Source: Chrysomallon squamiferum (lineage: Eukaryota > Animalia > Mollusca). From it: a stretch of 64,000 nt of DNA. This document shows positions 38,727-52,500 of this stretch, piece after piece. The stretch spans positions 13,826,001 through 13,890,000 of the forward strand of contig CM022667.1 of assembly GCA_012295275.1 (NCBI GenBank), in the 5' to 3' direction. A program made the translations under genes and the position numbers. Every line of letters starts with the position of its first letter. Position 1 is the stretch's first letter. A model generated the notes under the pieces. The model was not told where the DNA came from. It worked only from the letters and a program-made list of their open reading frames with translations, and did no database searches.

Positions 38727-40702
38727 TTAGTTGCAAACACGGTGACCGTAGATGTACGTCTTTGAAATTTTGTATGCTTGTGGTTCGTCATCCTTGTTTA
38801 TCTGTGAGAGATAACAGGTCGATGTGCTAGTGTCGTAGTCGACGGATTTACAGACGTAGGTGGCTTCGTTTCTGCATGCGATTAAGCATTGTTCGTACGT
38901 CACAGACAGGATTCTGCCGTCTGTGAAACCAGAGATGAAATTGCCATTAATTGTGATGAACTGATCCGTCCACTCGCAACCTGCAGATAGATTTATAAGT
39001 TTTAGTCATCATCGATGGAAAGAAATTTCCCAATAGGTGGGAGGGAAAAATTAACAGGTTTTCTTCACTAAATTAACCATATGTTTGTAAGATTGAAAGG
39101 GGAACATTTTCTGTATTTATGTTGTCTTGTGTTATGTTATGTTATGCCATTTATTTATTTATTTATTTATTTATATTTGTCGCGTCAACAGATATTCAGT
39201 TTTTTCATTATAATAAAACCTAGCTATTTGGTCACCTTTCTGAAGTTATGAATCCGTATAAGTTTAAATGTACTTTAATTATTGTCGAAAAAAAAAAATT
39301 AAATAAAAATAAAGTAAAATGCATTAATTCCAATTAGTTGCGATTTTTGACTGAAGACACATTTTTTGCTTCATTCGTCGTTCCTGAAAATTCATTTCTA
39401 TGCCAAAACAAGAATTTTTATAATTTAATAATACCGTTACTAGCGTTAGCTTGGAAAGGGTTATACTAAGTAGATCACAAATCATTTTTGAGGTGGGTTT
39501 TTGGTTTTTTTTTTTAAAAATAATAATAATGGTAGTAAAATTTTAAAAATCTTTAGTTAAGTAACATACCACATTTTGGAGAACATATTCCATTTTGTTT
39601 ACATCGTTCTCGATTTCTGAATTCTTCGATTACCTGAAATATATACTGTTAATTTAAATAATAATAATAATATTAATAATAATAATAAAATGTATTCAGC
39701 AATGGATGTTTTATATGAAACTCCCGACTGATCTGATACAAAAAAAAAAAAAAAAAAAAACAACCTTGGCTTCACGTAACTCATTCTGGGGCACTGGTTG
39801 GAAAGAGAATACGTCTAAGAGAATTAGTAAAGTCTTGGAAATTCAACAGATCTTTAATTTTTATTTTTTTATTTTTTTACTATACTGTATTTTCTAAATG
39901 TTTTTTTAAAAAGATTAATTTTCTAGTATGATTAATGTTGCCAGCTGAAACCGGTCACTGCCTGTTGGCACCTTTCTCTACCACGATGCAAACACATAAC
40001 TTTGTGTTTACTGATCACCAGCCATTATTGAAACAATGTAAATTTATCATTAAATCACCAGACATATAACTTGTATTCGATTATTATTATTATTATTATT
40101 ATATATTTTTTATATATATTATTTAAACCATATAGGTTTGTGACACCTAATAAATGTGTCTATCTATCTATATATATATATATATATATATGATACACAA
40201 TGCTCCATCTTTAATTACTATTACCACAACTACCACTACCACTACTATTATCTCACTCATAAAGAATAAATTATAATCTGCAATAGTCTGCAAAATTCTT
40301 TTTTTTCACACACATCCACACATGCATATGAAGTTTAATATTTTGAACTGTTCTTACATAAACGCGACTAACCTCAACTGTTTCATTGAATTCGACGTCG
40401 TAGTAGCTGTATCCAGTAGCTGGTGTTAACGCGGTGTTGTTTTCACACAAGTAGGTGTCTAGTAGCTCGCATCCAACGTCAGGGTTGTAGTTGAACGACT
40501 TGCACCAGTTACTAGAGAGACATTTTCTCGTGCACAACAGGGCGCCAGAATTCGGAATGATCAGCTTTGGCGTTACTTGAAGCTTGTTATCTTTTTGCGG
40601 CACACCAAGACCGTAAGCTGAACGATAATGATCTGCCAAAACCGGCAGAAAAACCGCCGAAAATATTGAAATTACTATCCAGCTAACACGATAAAACTCC
40701 AT
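38727..40702 (-). CDS. Secreted protein (~215 aa) with signal peptide, N-terminal PAN/apple-like domain, short Cys-rich linker and C-terminal six-Cys PAN/apple domain
   Basis: Exons 40702-40373 (MEFYRVSWIVISIFSAVFLPVLA... CTRKCLSSNWCKSFNY...GCELL), 39633-39570 (VIEEFRNRERCKQNGICSPKC) and 38980-38727 (CEWTDQF...YEQCLIACRNEATYVCKSVDYDTSTSTCYLS...RVCN*). All GT-AG with phases 0 and 1 matching; 14 Cys in total. Exons 2 and 3 are absent from the ORF track. Confidence 0.85.
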
Positions 40703-41536
40703 TTTAAAAAACAAAATTGAAATCTGAAAATGAGATTTTATATTTCTGAAATATATTTTTTTTTTTTCAAATTATATTTTCAATAATACGTCTTTTCGAA
40801 CAAAATATAACTGTTAAAATTTCGTTAAATGAATTCAGATCTACTGAAAATCCCCTGTTTTAGATTGATGCAAATAAAGAAATTATAAAGCTTTTGTATC
40901 AAATCAAAATAGGCAAATGACAACGGTTTTCTCAACTTTTTATTTATTTTTATACCCGGTAAAGATCAGTTAATAACCCAGTGGCAAATTAATCTGTTAA
41001 TTTATGTTCTTGACTTTTGTACGTTTATTTTTAAAACAAATTCTGATGTTTGTGCTTTTTTCATATCAGCAGACGTGATATACATTTAGATCTTCAAAAC
41101 GATTTGACACTCGTGCCTGGCAGGAAGAAGCTAATCGTGTTTGCACTGGAATAAAATTCACATCGTGTTCAATAAAATAAATATTACTTTTTATTGGCTA
41201 GCACCAACCGGCGCCTTCGCAGATTGATACACTAACAAATAATAGTTTGATATAAATCAACAAATAAATGAGAAATAACGGTTTTGTCATTTTAAGGAGC
41301 GTTGTGGAATGGATTTATTCCTTTCCAAGTTTGTTTTTAACTGTCTGAATTCTTACAGAGTTATAAACATTTGATAATATATGAATAGTTGGTGAAAACA
41401 TTCTGTTTGATTAATTCGACATCAGAGTATGGTAAGTAGTTAAGTATAACAATAATACAGCATGCTTGTAAGGGTTATTTATTACATTAAGTTCAATAAA
41501 AAAGAATGAGAAATGCAAAAACTGTCATAAAATACA

Positions 41537-41570
<34 letters not shown>

Positions 41571-42560
41571 ATATATATATATATTAAAAAAAAACACGTA
41601 AAATATAAAAATATAAAAATAAGAAAAACAAAATTCAAAAAAAAAAAAAAAAATTCAACAAAAAAAACAACACAAAAACAACACCATTAAAATGAAAAAA
41701 CAATATCATTAAAGCCCCACAAAATGACAAAAAGCACACACACACACACACACAAACACACACATACACATAAATACAAACTCCCCAAAACAAAACAATA
41801 ATAAATAAATAAACAAATAACAAATTTAATACAATATAATAATAAAAAAGAGAACTATTCACCAGAAAACCAACAGAAAATGTGTGTATATGTGTCTGTG
41901 CGTGTGAGAGATATTTAAATAAACAGTGTTGCTTTGTCTTAACTCTTCATTAGTTTTTCTTTTCTGTTTTTCTACCCTTCCATCTATCTGCGTTTCTGCA
42001 CATGTGTTTGTGTCTGTCCCTATGTATATTTGTGTCTGTGTACTTACCTATGTAAATAACTATCCATCATCTACCTATTGTCTCTGTGCCATACTCTGTG
42101 TGTTTAAACTTAATAATCTATTCATTATCAAACCTTACTATCTATGATTCTGTCTGTTCATATCTCTGATCACCTGTTTATCGTAATTTATTTGGTTTAC
42201 CTAAACACAAATATAATGATATTTATTCCATATTTTATTCTTAACTCCAAACAGTATGAACCAAGTACCTGAAATAGAAAATAAAACGATATTATTGTAA
42301 TGAATCCAGTCAGCGCATGCAACACAAATAATAATAATAACAACAACAACAACAACAACAACAATAATGATTATTATTATTAATATAAAATTAAAATTAA
42401 AATTAAAATAAATAAATAAATAAATAAATAATTTTGACAAAATTTAGACGATTCATCAAAATAATATAGAAAAGAATATCAAAACGTTTGTGACTTGTTT
42501 GGAAAGTAATTAATTCACCGTAGTAAGACCTTCCTCTTAAAAAGCAAAATAATCTATTGT

Positions 42561-42960
42561 TGACGTCATATTTATAGCAGAAAATAAAGCGACCTCTAGC
42601 GGCGTGTAACTTATTGAATTTATTTTCGTTTAAATTGTATTATTTTAAAATTTATGATTGTTGCGCATGAAAAATCGAGTTAAAAAAAGAGTTTGAAACA
42701 AATAAAAATATAATAAAAGATAATAAATAAATAATTAAATAAGTACATTTTAAAAAAGCATTGAATGCATATTTAATTTAATTATTCTTCTTATTATTTT
42801 TTTTTCTCACGATTTTAGTTAATTAAATTCCTAAGTAGTTTTCCTAGCTTAATTAGACTTAGAGAAGATGCTTTTGAAACAATTTCATATGATTTGATTT
42901 CGGTCTTTTTACGGATATTCTTCAAAGGGCGGAATGTACGAAATAAAAATGGCGGGTGTT
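42561..42960. promoter_or_regulatory. MTBP promoter region with CRE, CTCF-like, E2F/CHR-like and YY1 motifs
   Basis: TGACGTCA at 42561-42568; GCGACCTCTAGCGGC at 42589-42603 (reverse CCGCTAGAGGTCGC, CTCF-like); TTCAAAGGGCGGAA at ~42921-42934; AAAATGGCGG at 42946-42955; CpG-rich and just upstream of the ATG at 43017. Confidence 0.55.
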
Positions 42961-43016
42961 ACAGATTTATATTGTTTATTTTGCTAGAAACGAGCAAGTA
43001 ATTTCTTGTGATTCTG

Positions 43017-44248
43017 ATGGAAGCTGCCTATATTCTTCTTATAAATAAAGGTTCGTAGATCGGGAATAATAATGAGAGATATTAATACAGATGAATTTAA
43101 AAAAAAAAAAATTAAAATAAATAAAACTTTAACATTTATTATACGACTCACTTGTCAATTATTAGAGTTGAGATAGTTTAAAGTTGATTAGAAATTGAGA
43201 TTTTAATTTTATTTTTTTTAAATTAATTTTTTTGGTTTCAAATATAATATCTATGTCTTATAGGGATTTTACTGAATATTGGGATTTGTCCTTCTTACAA
43301 GCAAATTTTATGAAAAAAGATAATAATTAATTAAATTATAAAATAAACATATTTTTACTCTTTTAAGTCGTTAACTTAGTTTATTTGGATTAACAACAAA
43401 ACATCAAATCGTAGAAAATATTCAGTAGAATCCCAGCTGATAATAAATATATAAAGCTTTTCATTTTATGAAAACAAAATATATGAATCATGAATGCTAA
43501 TAAATTATATAATTTAATTATTTATGGCATTATTTATCAAAAATTATTTTAAGGTTTAAAATATTTTTAAATTTACAAATATAAATAATTTTTGAACAGT
43601 AACAAAAGTTATTTATATTTGTAATAATTCAAAAATATTTTTATGTAAACAAATATTTTTATATTTTCAAGTATTAAATTTGAGTAATTTTATTGTTTGA
43701 GAAAGTTCTGAATTCATATGAAATGCATATCGGTTATAGTGAGAGTAATAACATTGTTGTTGTTGTTTTACTACTACTACTACTACTATTACTATTTATT
43801 TATTTGTTTATTAGATGAGAGTTCTGCAGCTTTGGAAATACTGGGATCTATTTCATCATCATTACATGATAAATCAGCTATATTTGGCAACATAATTTTA
43901 GTTGATGAAAATTTCAACCAGAAATACCTTGTAAGGGTATTAGTATTATTATCACATATTTCATTATCAGAATACCATGAGCATAATACTTTTTTCATAG
44001 TTACAGAGACTGATAATTTTGTTTGAGACATAATGAACATATTTCTACTGAAAAAATTTCTGAAAATCTTGATAACAGATGACCATCGCATCATATATGT
44101 ATATTTTATTTAATAATTGTGAAAAGATAGACTTTGAAGAATAATTTCATTTTAGTCTGGTATGGAACATTTATTCATTAATACAGGCCCATGGATTATC
44201 CAACTCTAAGCTTATGTAAATATAATTGTCTTCATGTTATATATTTCA

Positions 44249-44293
<45 letters not shown>

Positions 44294-47167
44294 TAATTAA
44301 TTAATTAATTTATTTATTTACTTATTTTTTTATTTTTTTATTTTGTAGTGCCCTTCATTGCCTAGAAATGACTGGACTATCTTCCAGGATCTTCTTGTTG
44401 CCTTGGAAACAAAATCTTTAGATTCTGACAACAGTCAACTTGGAGAAGAACAAAAGTATAACCTTTAAATTAAAACATCAACAATTATAAAATAAATTAG
44501 AAACATGAATTAATATAATTTTTTTTCTCTCTTCTTACCGTGTGTGTGTATGTGTGTGTATATATATATATATATGTTACTTATAATGGGGAAAACAAGT
44601 TTTATTATTCTTAATTTACATATGAATTACTGTTAAAAAATCAGATGATTAATTGATGTGTAATTGGAAATAATATTTATTCAATATATGTATATTTACT
44701 TTTTGAAATTTTTTGAACTGTACTTGTGAATGGTAAAACAAACAACTTAATGTTGAAACCAGCTCATTGAAATAAAATTTTAAAAAATCTCAGAAAATAA
44801 TATGACATTAACAAGATCACAGTATAACTTATAGAAATTTTATATACTGTAATGTGTCCTACTTTATTATTAGCAAAGTGAAAGAGTTGATAAAAAAATA
44901 CCAAATGTGGACAAAACATATTTATTATTTTAGTTGATTATGCCAATATCATTAAAGTTTATTTTTGATTTGAAAGCTTGTAGTTCTTTAATATCTGAAT
45001 GGTAGAATGGTATAAGATTGTGGATGTCAAATGATTTTCTAGATTTTTCATGAAATTTTTGTATGAACATATTTTCAGTTGTGTAAGTGTTGCAGAAACT
45101 ATTCATCAACTTGCTGATCTGTTGCCATATTCAGGTTAGATGGAGATAAAGTGTGTGTGTGTGTGTGTTAGATTTTTTTGCATGTGTATGTGTGTGTGTG
45201 TATTTAGATTTTTTTTTATATAAATAATTTAAAAAATAATAATTTTAAAAATTCAGGTTCAATATTTTATACAAGTAATTTTTAGACATGCAATAAATGA
45301 CAGAAGTTAAATTTACTTTCATTACAATTGTTTGATATTTTTAGTTGTTATTTTAAAATTATTATTATTATTATTATTTTTTTTTTTTTAGGCATTCCTG
45401 TTCATTTAATATGGGTTCATCCACAGTTGACAGAAGAACATGAAAGGTGTGTGATATTAGTAATTAAAATTTGATGTCATAAATCTTAAATTGATTTGTC
45501 TGTTGTTAATTTCTTATTTCTGTTAAGAGGACATTAGTGAAAATCAGAAGAAGAAAAGGGAACATTGTATCAAATAAACCGATCTATTTTAAAAAAAGAT
45601 AAGAATGAATTAGTATTACATAGATCATTCATAATTTTTTTGTTTGACCTTTGGAAAGCAATACCATGTATATTTGCAGATGTAATTATCTATCTTTTAA
45701 TGTAAAATTTATTTCATGATTTATCAGCTTTTTATTAATTTATTACCATTATTATGTAATTTACTTGTTATAAGCACATATATTAAGTAAATATGTTATT
45801 CTAATTCTGATTTGAACATGTCATTCAGACATTTGTTTGATCATTTTAAACATTTTTTTTTTACATTTTCATAAATAGGGAAAATTTTATAATTTATATA
45901 TTTTAATTTATTAATTAAAATTTCTGTGGGTTTTTTTTTTTTTTTTTTTTCCTAGGGATCTCTCCATATGATGTTTTGTGTCTCGGTCCATTTTAAATAT
46001 TTCTGAAACTTTAATAAATAAGAAAACTGATTTAAAATTTAAATAGTTTTGTTGTTAATAAATATAATTTTTAAAAATGTTATTGCAGCTATTTAATAAA
46101 TATATTTTGTGTTTTTATTTTTAGCTTTCTACCTACTCTTGGGGCAGTCATACGACTAGTTCATTGGCACAATGCTCAAGTAATGGTGATTCATTCAGGG
46201 GAGATAACTGACAGTGTTCAGTGTATTATTAATACCTGTCACTGTCAAATCATTCCTGATATCCAGTCACTAACGTTCGTGTCAAGAATTTGGAGGGGAA
46301 AAATTTCACTGACCAGTAAAATTGTGAGAATATTATTTCTTTGTTTCGTTGTGTTTTTTTTTTTTTAATAATAGGATAAAAAAAGCTTACACTGTTCTGA
46401 TCAAAATTTTTGTTAGTAATAAAATACAAAGTGAGTGCAGATTGAACATCTAAAATGCCTTTGGCCAGAAATGTCAGCTTTCAGAATTTCTTTCTGATTT
46501 TTGATTAGCCTGACCAAGTCTGAACATGAAATTTTTACACTTGATATACAGTTTAAACACTTAGCCTACAGGTACTTTTATACAATATTTTTAATAAAGT
46601 TTGCATAAACCATCCAAAAAATGACAACCTCCCATCATTTTGGCTGCTTGAAAAACATTTTGAATAATGGATTCTCAGCCTTTATTAACTGAATCTTATT
46701 TTTTCTTGTGGTTATTAAGCAAGTACTGGCAAAACACTGGTTAAATTAATGTGGCATCATTTGTATTATTATAATTTTAAAAAGAATTGTCCAAAACTAT
46801 TATCTGTTGTAACAGGAAGGACATGGGATTATCTTTCCTGGATTCAGCATTTCATGTGATGACAAATCTTTTCTATTTTCAACAATCAGCTGTAGAAATA
46901 ATCAACAAAACCAGGTGAGTTTGATTACATATACATTTTTGTCTAGACTAATCCAAAATACCTGTTGTTGATTAATTTGTTATTTGCATTATAAACATAG
47001 CTAAATTAAGGAAACTTAAGTATAATTTAAATTTACATGAACATATGTAAAATATGCACTTTGGTGTTTAACAGTTACTTAAAATATTTGGTTTAAATAT
47101 CATATGTAACTCATTCAGAAATGAATTTAAAATTTCTTTATATTCTTAATCATTAAATTATTATTAT

Positions 47168-47225
<58 letters not shown>

Positions 47226-49553
47226 TGCAGCAGCAGCATCAGTAGTAGTAATTATAGTTTTCTGACATGTAGCTAGCTACAAGTAAAACATTTAGATCAT
47301 GTATATTACACATTTTTCTTTATAAAACAAATATTTAATATAATTAAAATTGTTGAGAAATTAAAAGTATTTTTCAATAATATTTTCTTTCAGGATCAAG
47401 TTGAACATCTACATTTTGGACGAATGATTGAGGTTCTTGATGAAATTGATATCAGAACTGTTCCTTTGTTTCTGATGTCTCCATGTTCTGTTTTAATGTA
47501 TCCTTAACTAAATTTTCTTCTGTGTTATATAGTGATAGTAGTTCATCCTAATTTTGAACTATATATTATGTAAAAGGGGATACTCTGATTGATTATTTGT
47601 TAAACATAAATAGGTAAAAATGTATTTTAAAATATATACAAAATCAAATAAAAATAAATATGTGAAATAAAATGAAGAATAAATAAATAAATATTTAAAA
47701 AAAATATAAAACCAATGTGGTTATCTTTAAAAGATTAAAAGTACTCTTTTATAATAACTCTTGTATATCATTTGAAATGTTTTTCTTTAATATAAACATA
47801 ATTAATGAAAAATAAAATTCCCTAGAGGAAAGACTAATTTTATAATTAGTTTGCTCCACTGAACAATAATTAAAGAATGAAAAATTAAAAGGAAAATGTT
47901 AAATTCCAAAGAGAAATGTTTAGAATTGGTTTGTAATAAGAAAATACTGCAAATTCATTCAAAAATCTGTAAAACAATTTTTTTTTTTTTTTATCTTTCT
48001 GTTATTTACATATTTAAATGTGAATTTCATGTAACAAACATTTTTAACAAAATTATTGATACTAATACATGAGAATGTTATAATTCCTGACAAAACAGAC
48101 ATTTAGAAAGCGACCATGTTCATTCAAAGGAGTTCATTCAGTATGTTAACAGTCTGGACAAGGTAGGTAAACATTCAGGTAATCAGTACTATTAAAATAT
48201 ACAGTAAAATTTCTCACAAACATACAATGTAGGGACCAAGTAACAAGTTTAATGTTGAGAGGTGCTTTGTTTACTGAGGTTTCAATGTAAAACAAGTAAA
48301 ATTTGTTTTGAGAAGTGGTCTGTTTAATGAGGTTTCACTGTAAAACCATGTAAACAGTTTGGTTTGGAGGAATGCTTGTTTTAATGAGGTTTTACAGTGA
48401 GAATTCTCAAAATTTGTCAGGACCAAATTAAACCATTCAGTTTGAAGGCGAGTTTGATTTACTCTGCTTTTACATTTTGGTACACAATAAATAGTCTACT
48501 GATTGAGGAACTCAGGTTTAGTGAGTATCTGTTTTGAGAAGTATCTCTGGAATTAATCATGAAATAAAACATTAAAGCATTGAAACAACAAACATCCACA
48601 TATTCTTATTATAATTAAACAATACATACTCTTCTTCTTGATCATAATAAAACTGAATAACAAAATACTACACATTCTGTACCTCCCACAGATCATTAAA
48701 GTATTTTCATGTATACTATATAATGTATTATTAATGGAATTTACTAAAGAACTTTATTCATAAATTATTGTACCTTATCTCTTCATTACTGAGGTGGGTA
48801 TTGCTAAATAACAGCAGAAATTAGAACTATGACAGAAGTGTTAAAATACCTCGTCATAATTCTGGACTGACGAAGATGTACTATAATACACTAAGAGGCT
48901 CTGACTCATTGTGTTATGGCTACAAAAGCAGTTCCTAAAGGTTCAGAGAAGGAAGATAATTATGACTGATGTCCTACTAGTCAATAGAGGTTCTCCTGTT
49001 TAACAAGTAACAATGTTTACTAAATTATAGGTTGGCCTGGTTGCTAGGATAGCAGTTTTTGCTAATGATGTTGTACCAACCTGTGCAGACAAGAAGATGA
49101 ACACAACCAGCTGGAAAGAAGGTATCATGGCAGATATTTCGAATGTCCAAGGTTTGAGCAGTTAAATTATTTTGTAGAATTTAGTTAGAAATGAAATTAT
49201 TATAATTATGAAACAGATTAATTAGAAACAAAACAGTTCCCTTATTTATTTGTTATTTATTTTTTTACTGCCAAAATGAATATATATATTTTTTTCTTTT
49301 TGTTTTTAATTTGTTTTTAGAATTGTGATTTTCTGAATGCCACAAATTAAAAATTAGTTTTATTTTTTTCCCTAATAATTACATACATGAGAATCAAAAC
49401 ATTTATAAAAAAAAAAAAAGAAAAAAAAAAAGAGAAACAATAAAAACACATTGAATATCATTAATACATATAAATAAAACTTCAATAAATAATAGATATG
49501 TGTATGTATGCTTATATTTGTATATCTGTGTGCCTTGGGTATGTATGTCTGTT

Positions 49554-49593
<40 letters not shown>

Positions 49594-52500
49594 TTCATGT
49601 TTAACTGCATGTTTTCCACACTCATACATTTATTCCTGTCATCTTTTATTATCCTGTTCCAGAAACTGAGGAGGAAATTCTCCCAGGCTGCACATTTCTA
49701 CGTCTGCTGTTAATGAAAAACGAGATGTCTGCTGACTCAAACACTTTGAAAGCTGTTGTCTTCATTAACCCTGAGCTTTTCAACACTGATGTTTTCAGAC
49801 TGTCAAGAACTCATGTGCAGTGTAATGCAGGAAGGATGAAAGAACATTCAACAACATTTGATGTGAACAAATTTATTAAGACTTTACCTCAGATAAGTGA
49901 TGTGACGTTGCAGGAAATTCACAGCTCCCTGACCAGACTGCAGATGGATGAACTTGAGGGATTGGCTGAGTAATTATTATTACATTATTTGGTTTTGGAT
50001 TGCTATCCTGTATTCTTTTTTCTTTTTCTCAAATTTCTTTCTTTTTCCCTTTTTCTTTTTTCTTTCAAGTACCTTGTTATGTACTTAAAAAGTTGAAATG
50101 TTTCTTTTATTTCTGATCATTTATTTTTATGCCTATTTCAGAAAGAAAGATTTTTGCTTTTTTTTTGTATCATTTGTCTAATCTAATATAATTGATTATA
50201 TGTCTGTTAATCTCTGTCTGTCTATCTACCCATCTATGTATCTGTCTACATGTCTGTCTCTCTTTCTTTCTCTATTGATATATCTTTCTACATATCTATA
50301 TAGTTACCCATCCATCCATCCATTTCTTTCTGTCTGCCTGTCTGTTTATCTGTCTATTTATCTGTCTACATATCTCTGTCCATCCAAACATCTATCCATT
50401 TATATCTATCTACCTATCCATCCATCCATCCATTCATTCTGTCTGTATATGTACAATGTTTCTGTTTATAATTCAGAAACACTTGAGGAAAATGGACAAT
50501 CGACAGTTCTAACTAAACAACAACTCTTCCAATTTCTTGATGAGATACAAGATGAATTTCTCACTGCAGTGTTGAAAGACTGTCCAGTTGTCACATCCCC
50601 TAACTCAGAAGTAAACCAAAATGAGGGCTCATCATGTGTGCTGGGTAAATATTAAATAGAATTTCACAATTATATAAGAATGCATTTTAAATATCTACTG
50701 GTATTTTTATAGTTTTAAGATAATATTGCAGTTTTGGTCTTCAGCGTTTCAATATACACTGGCCTAATTTAATGTATAGTATTGTATGTTGAAACTTCAT
50801 AAAATGAAAAAGTATCAGGATTATAAAAAAATTTAAGTTTGATTTTGAAGGATGTTTGGTTTACTGAGGTTTTTACATTTAGATACTTGATAAATCCAAG
50901 ATGCTGTGTAAATCCTGCTTTACTTTTAAGAATAAAATAAAAACATTTTTTTTTTTAAATTCTAATTTAGTGAGGTTCCAGTTTTGAGAAATTTCAATGC
51001 TATTTCAATTTAATTACATTTATAAAAATGAATCTTGCTTCATATTTGAATGCTTTTTTGTGCTGGTATTTAAATACGGTTGCTAACTATAATATGATGA
51101 AAAGGAGCTTTAAAAATCTTAAAAGAGGTATGGAAAAAGCAAAACGTGATGTATTTATGTTGTTTATATTACAAAATGAATTTCTCTTTAAATCTATGAC
51201 ACAATAAAACCTGGCTTTTATCATTAAACTGGTTTTGTGTCATGTTTCCAACCCAGCCACTGCCTGATCAGATTTGACTTTATCATTAACAAGACTGTGC
51301 ATACAGTCATCCTTTGTCATTACAGTTAAACATGGATGGAATACCGACAAGATAAAACTGATTGGAAAACAAACAAACCTAATCAGCATTGTTGTAGATA
51401 TCTCACTGTCTATATATATTTGTTTCTTAATGTAATACAGATTATGAAGTGGAGCCTTTGGAATGGCCGGAAAGATTGGCTCTGCAGTATGAGGAGAATC
51501 AGAAAAGGACTCTGCGACGGTTCCAGTCGTCAGACAGCACAATGCTGTCTTCTCCACTACATTCAGACGAATGTACGTTTCTCAACTCTGATTATTTATA
51601 GAATGAATGGATGAATAAATGTTTTGTGCTGAACTGTGATGTTCATTGATCCTTTGATTCATCCACTGATATTTTTTAATTATTGATTCAGGATAAATCG
51701 GTATAAGCAGGTTTTTTGTTTTTTTTGGTGTTAAATGGTTCTGTAATAGTGTGAGAATGTTAGTATGTTCAACTGATATTCATTTGCTGGCATTTCTGGA
51801 TTATTAATTCAACATAAATTTGTGTTGGCAGGATAGTACAAGATAAAAACAACACACTTTCTCCAGCCATTATGTGAAGTTCTGTTACTGTTTAGTAGAG
51901 TTTTGTGTGTGCGTGCCACACCATATTTAAGTGAATCAATAATTTAATGAACAAACATTTCTTTAATATCTCCACTCATTTTAATATTACTGGATATTAG
52001 TTTTATATGTTTATTGTATAAAATCAAATATTGATCACAAAACACATCAAATTTCACCTTAATGTATTGCTCTATCAAATTAAGATATACTTGACCACAG
52101 TGTTGTATTTTAGTATAATATACTATACAGATGACTAGATATGATTACTAGGAAAGATTTTTAAAAACATTTTATTTTACCTTTTACTTTCAGCTGTCAC
52201 TTGGATTGACGCTGCTGATTTTTTGCACTGTTTTAAACATGATGGTAATGCTGCCATTGATACATTATCACCTGTGAGGCAGGTAAGTTGCTGATTAAAT
52301 CTTATCTTTTGCTCTTGTGTGTGATTTATTTATCTCTGTGTGTGCGTGTGTATTTATATTATATACATATATGAGTGCATCGCTACTGAAATGTTCAAGG
52401 TTGGTAACGATATAATCTTTCAAACTGTTTGAACTGTTTCACAACATTGTTATTCATATGTGTATGTGTACATGTGTTTGTGTGTGTAGTGAGATGGTTA

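Noticed and set aside
44456-45078. MTBP intron with donor GTATAACCTTT as a possible third U12 intron
   Set aside because: The donor deviates from GTATCCTT and the 3' end is an ordinary pyrimidine-rich CAG without a U12 branch motif; treated as U2.
50069-50170. Microexon candidates to repair the MTBP phase conflict (after TTTCAAG at ~50069 and TTTCAG at ~50141)
   Set aside because: The 11-nt option creates TAA on joining and the 25-nt option has the wrong phase.
51240-51557. 105-aa minus-strand ORF
   Set aside because: Antisense to an MTBP exon and its upstream intron; no independent support.
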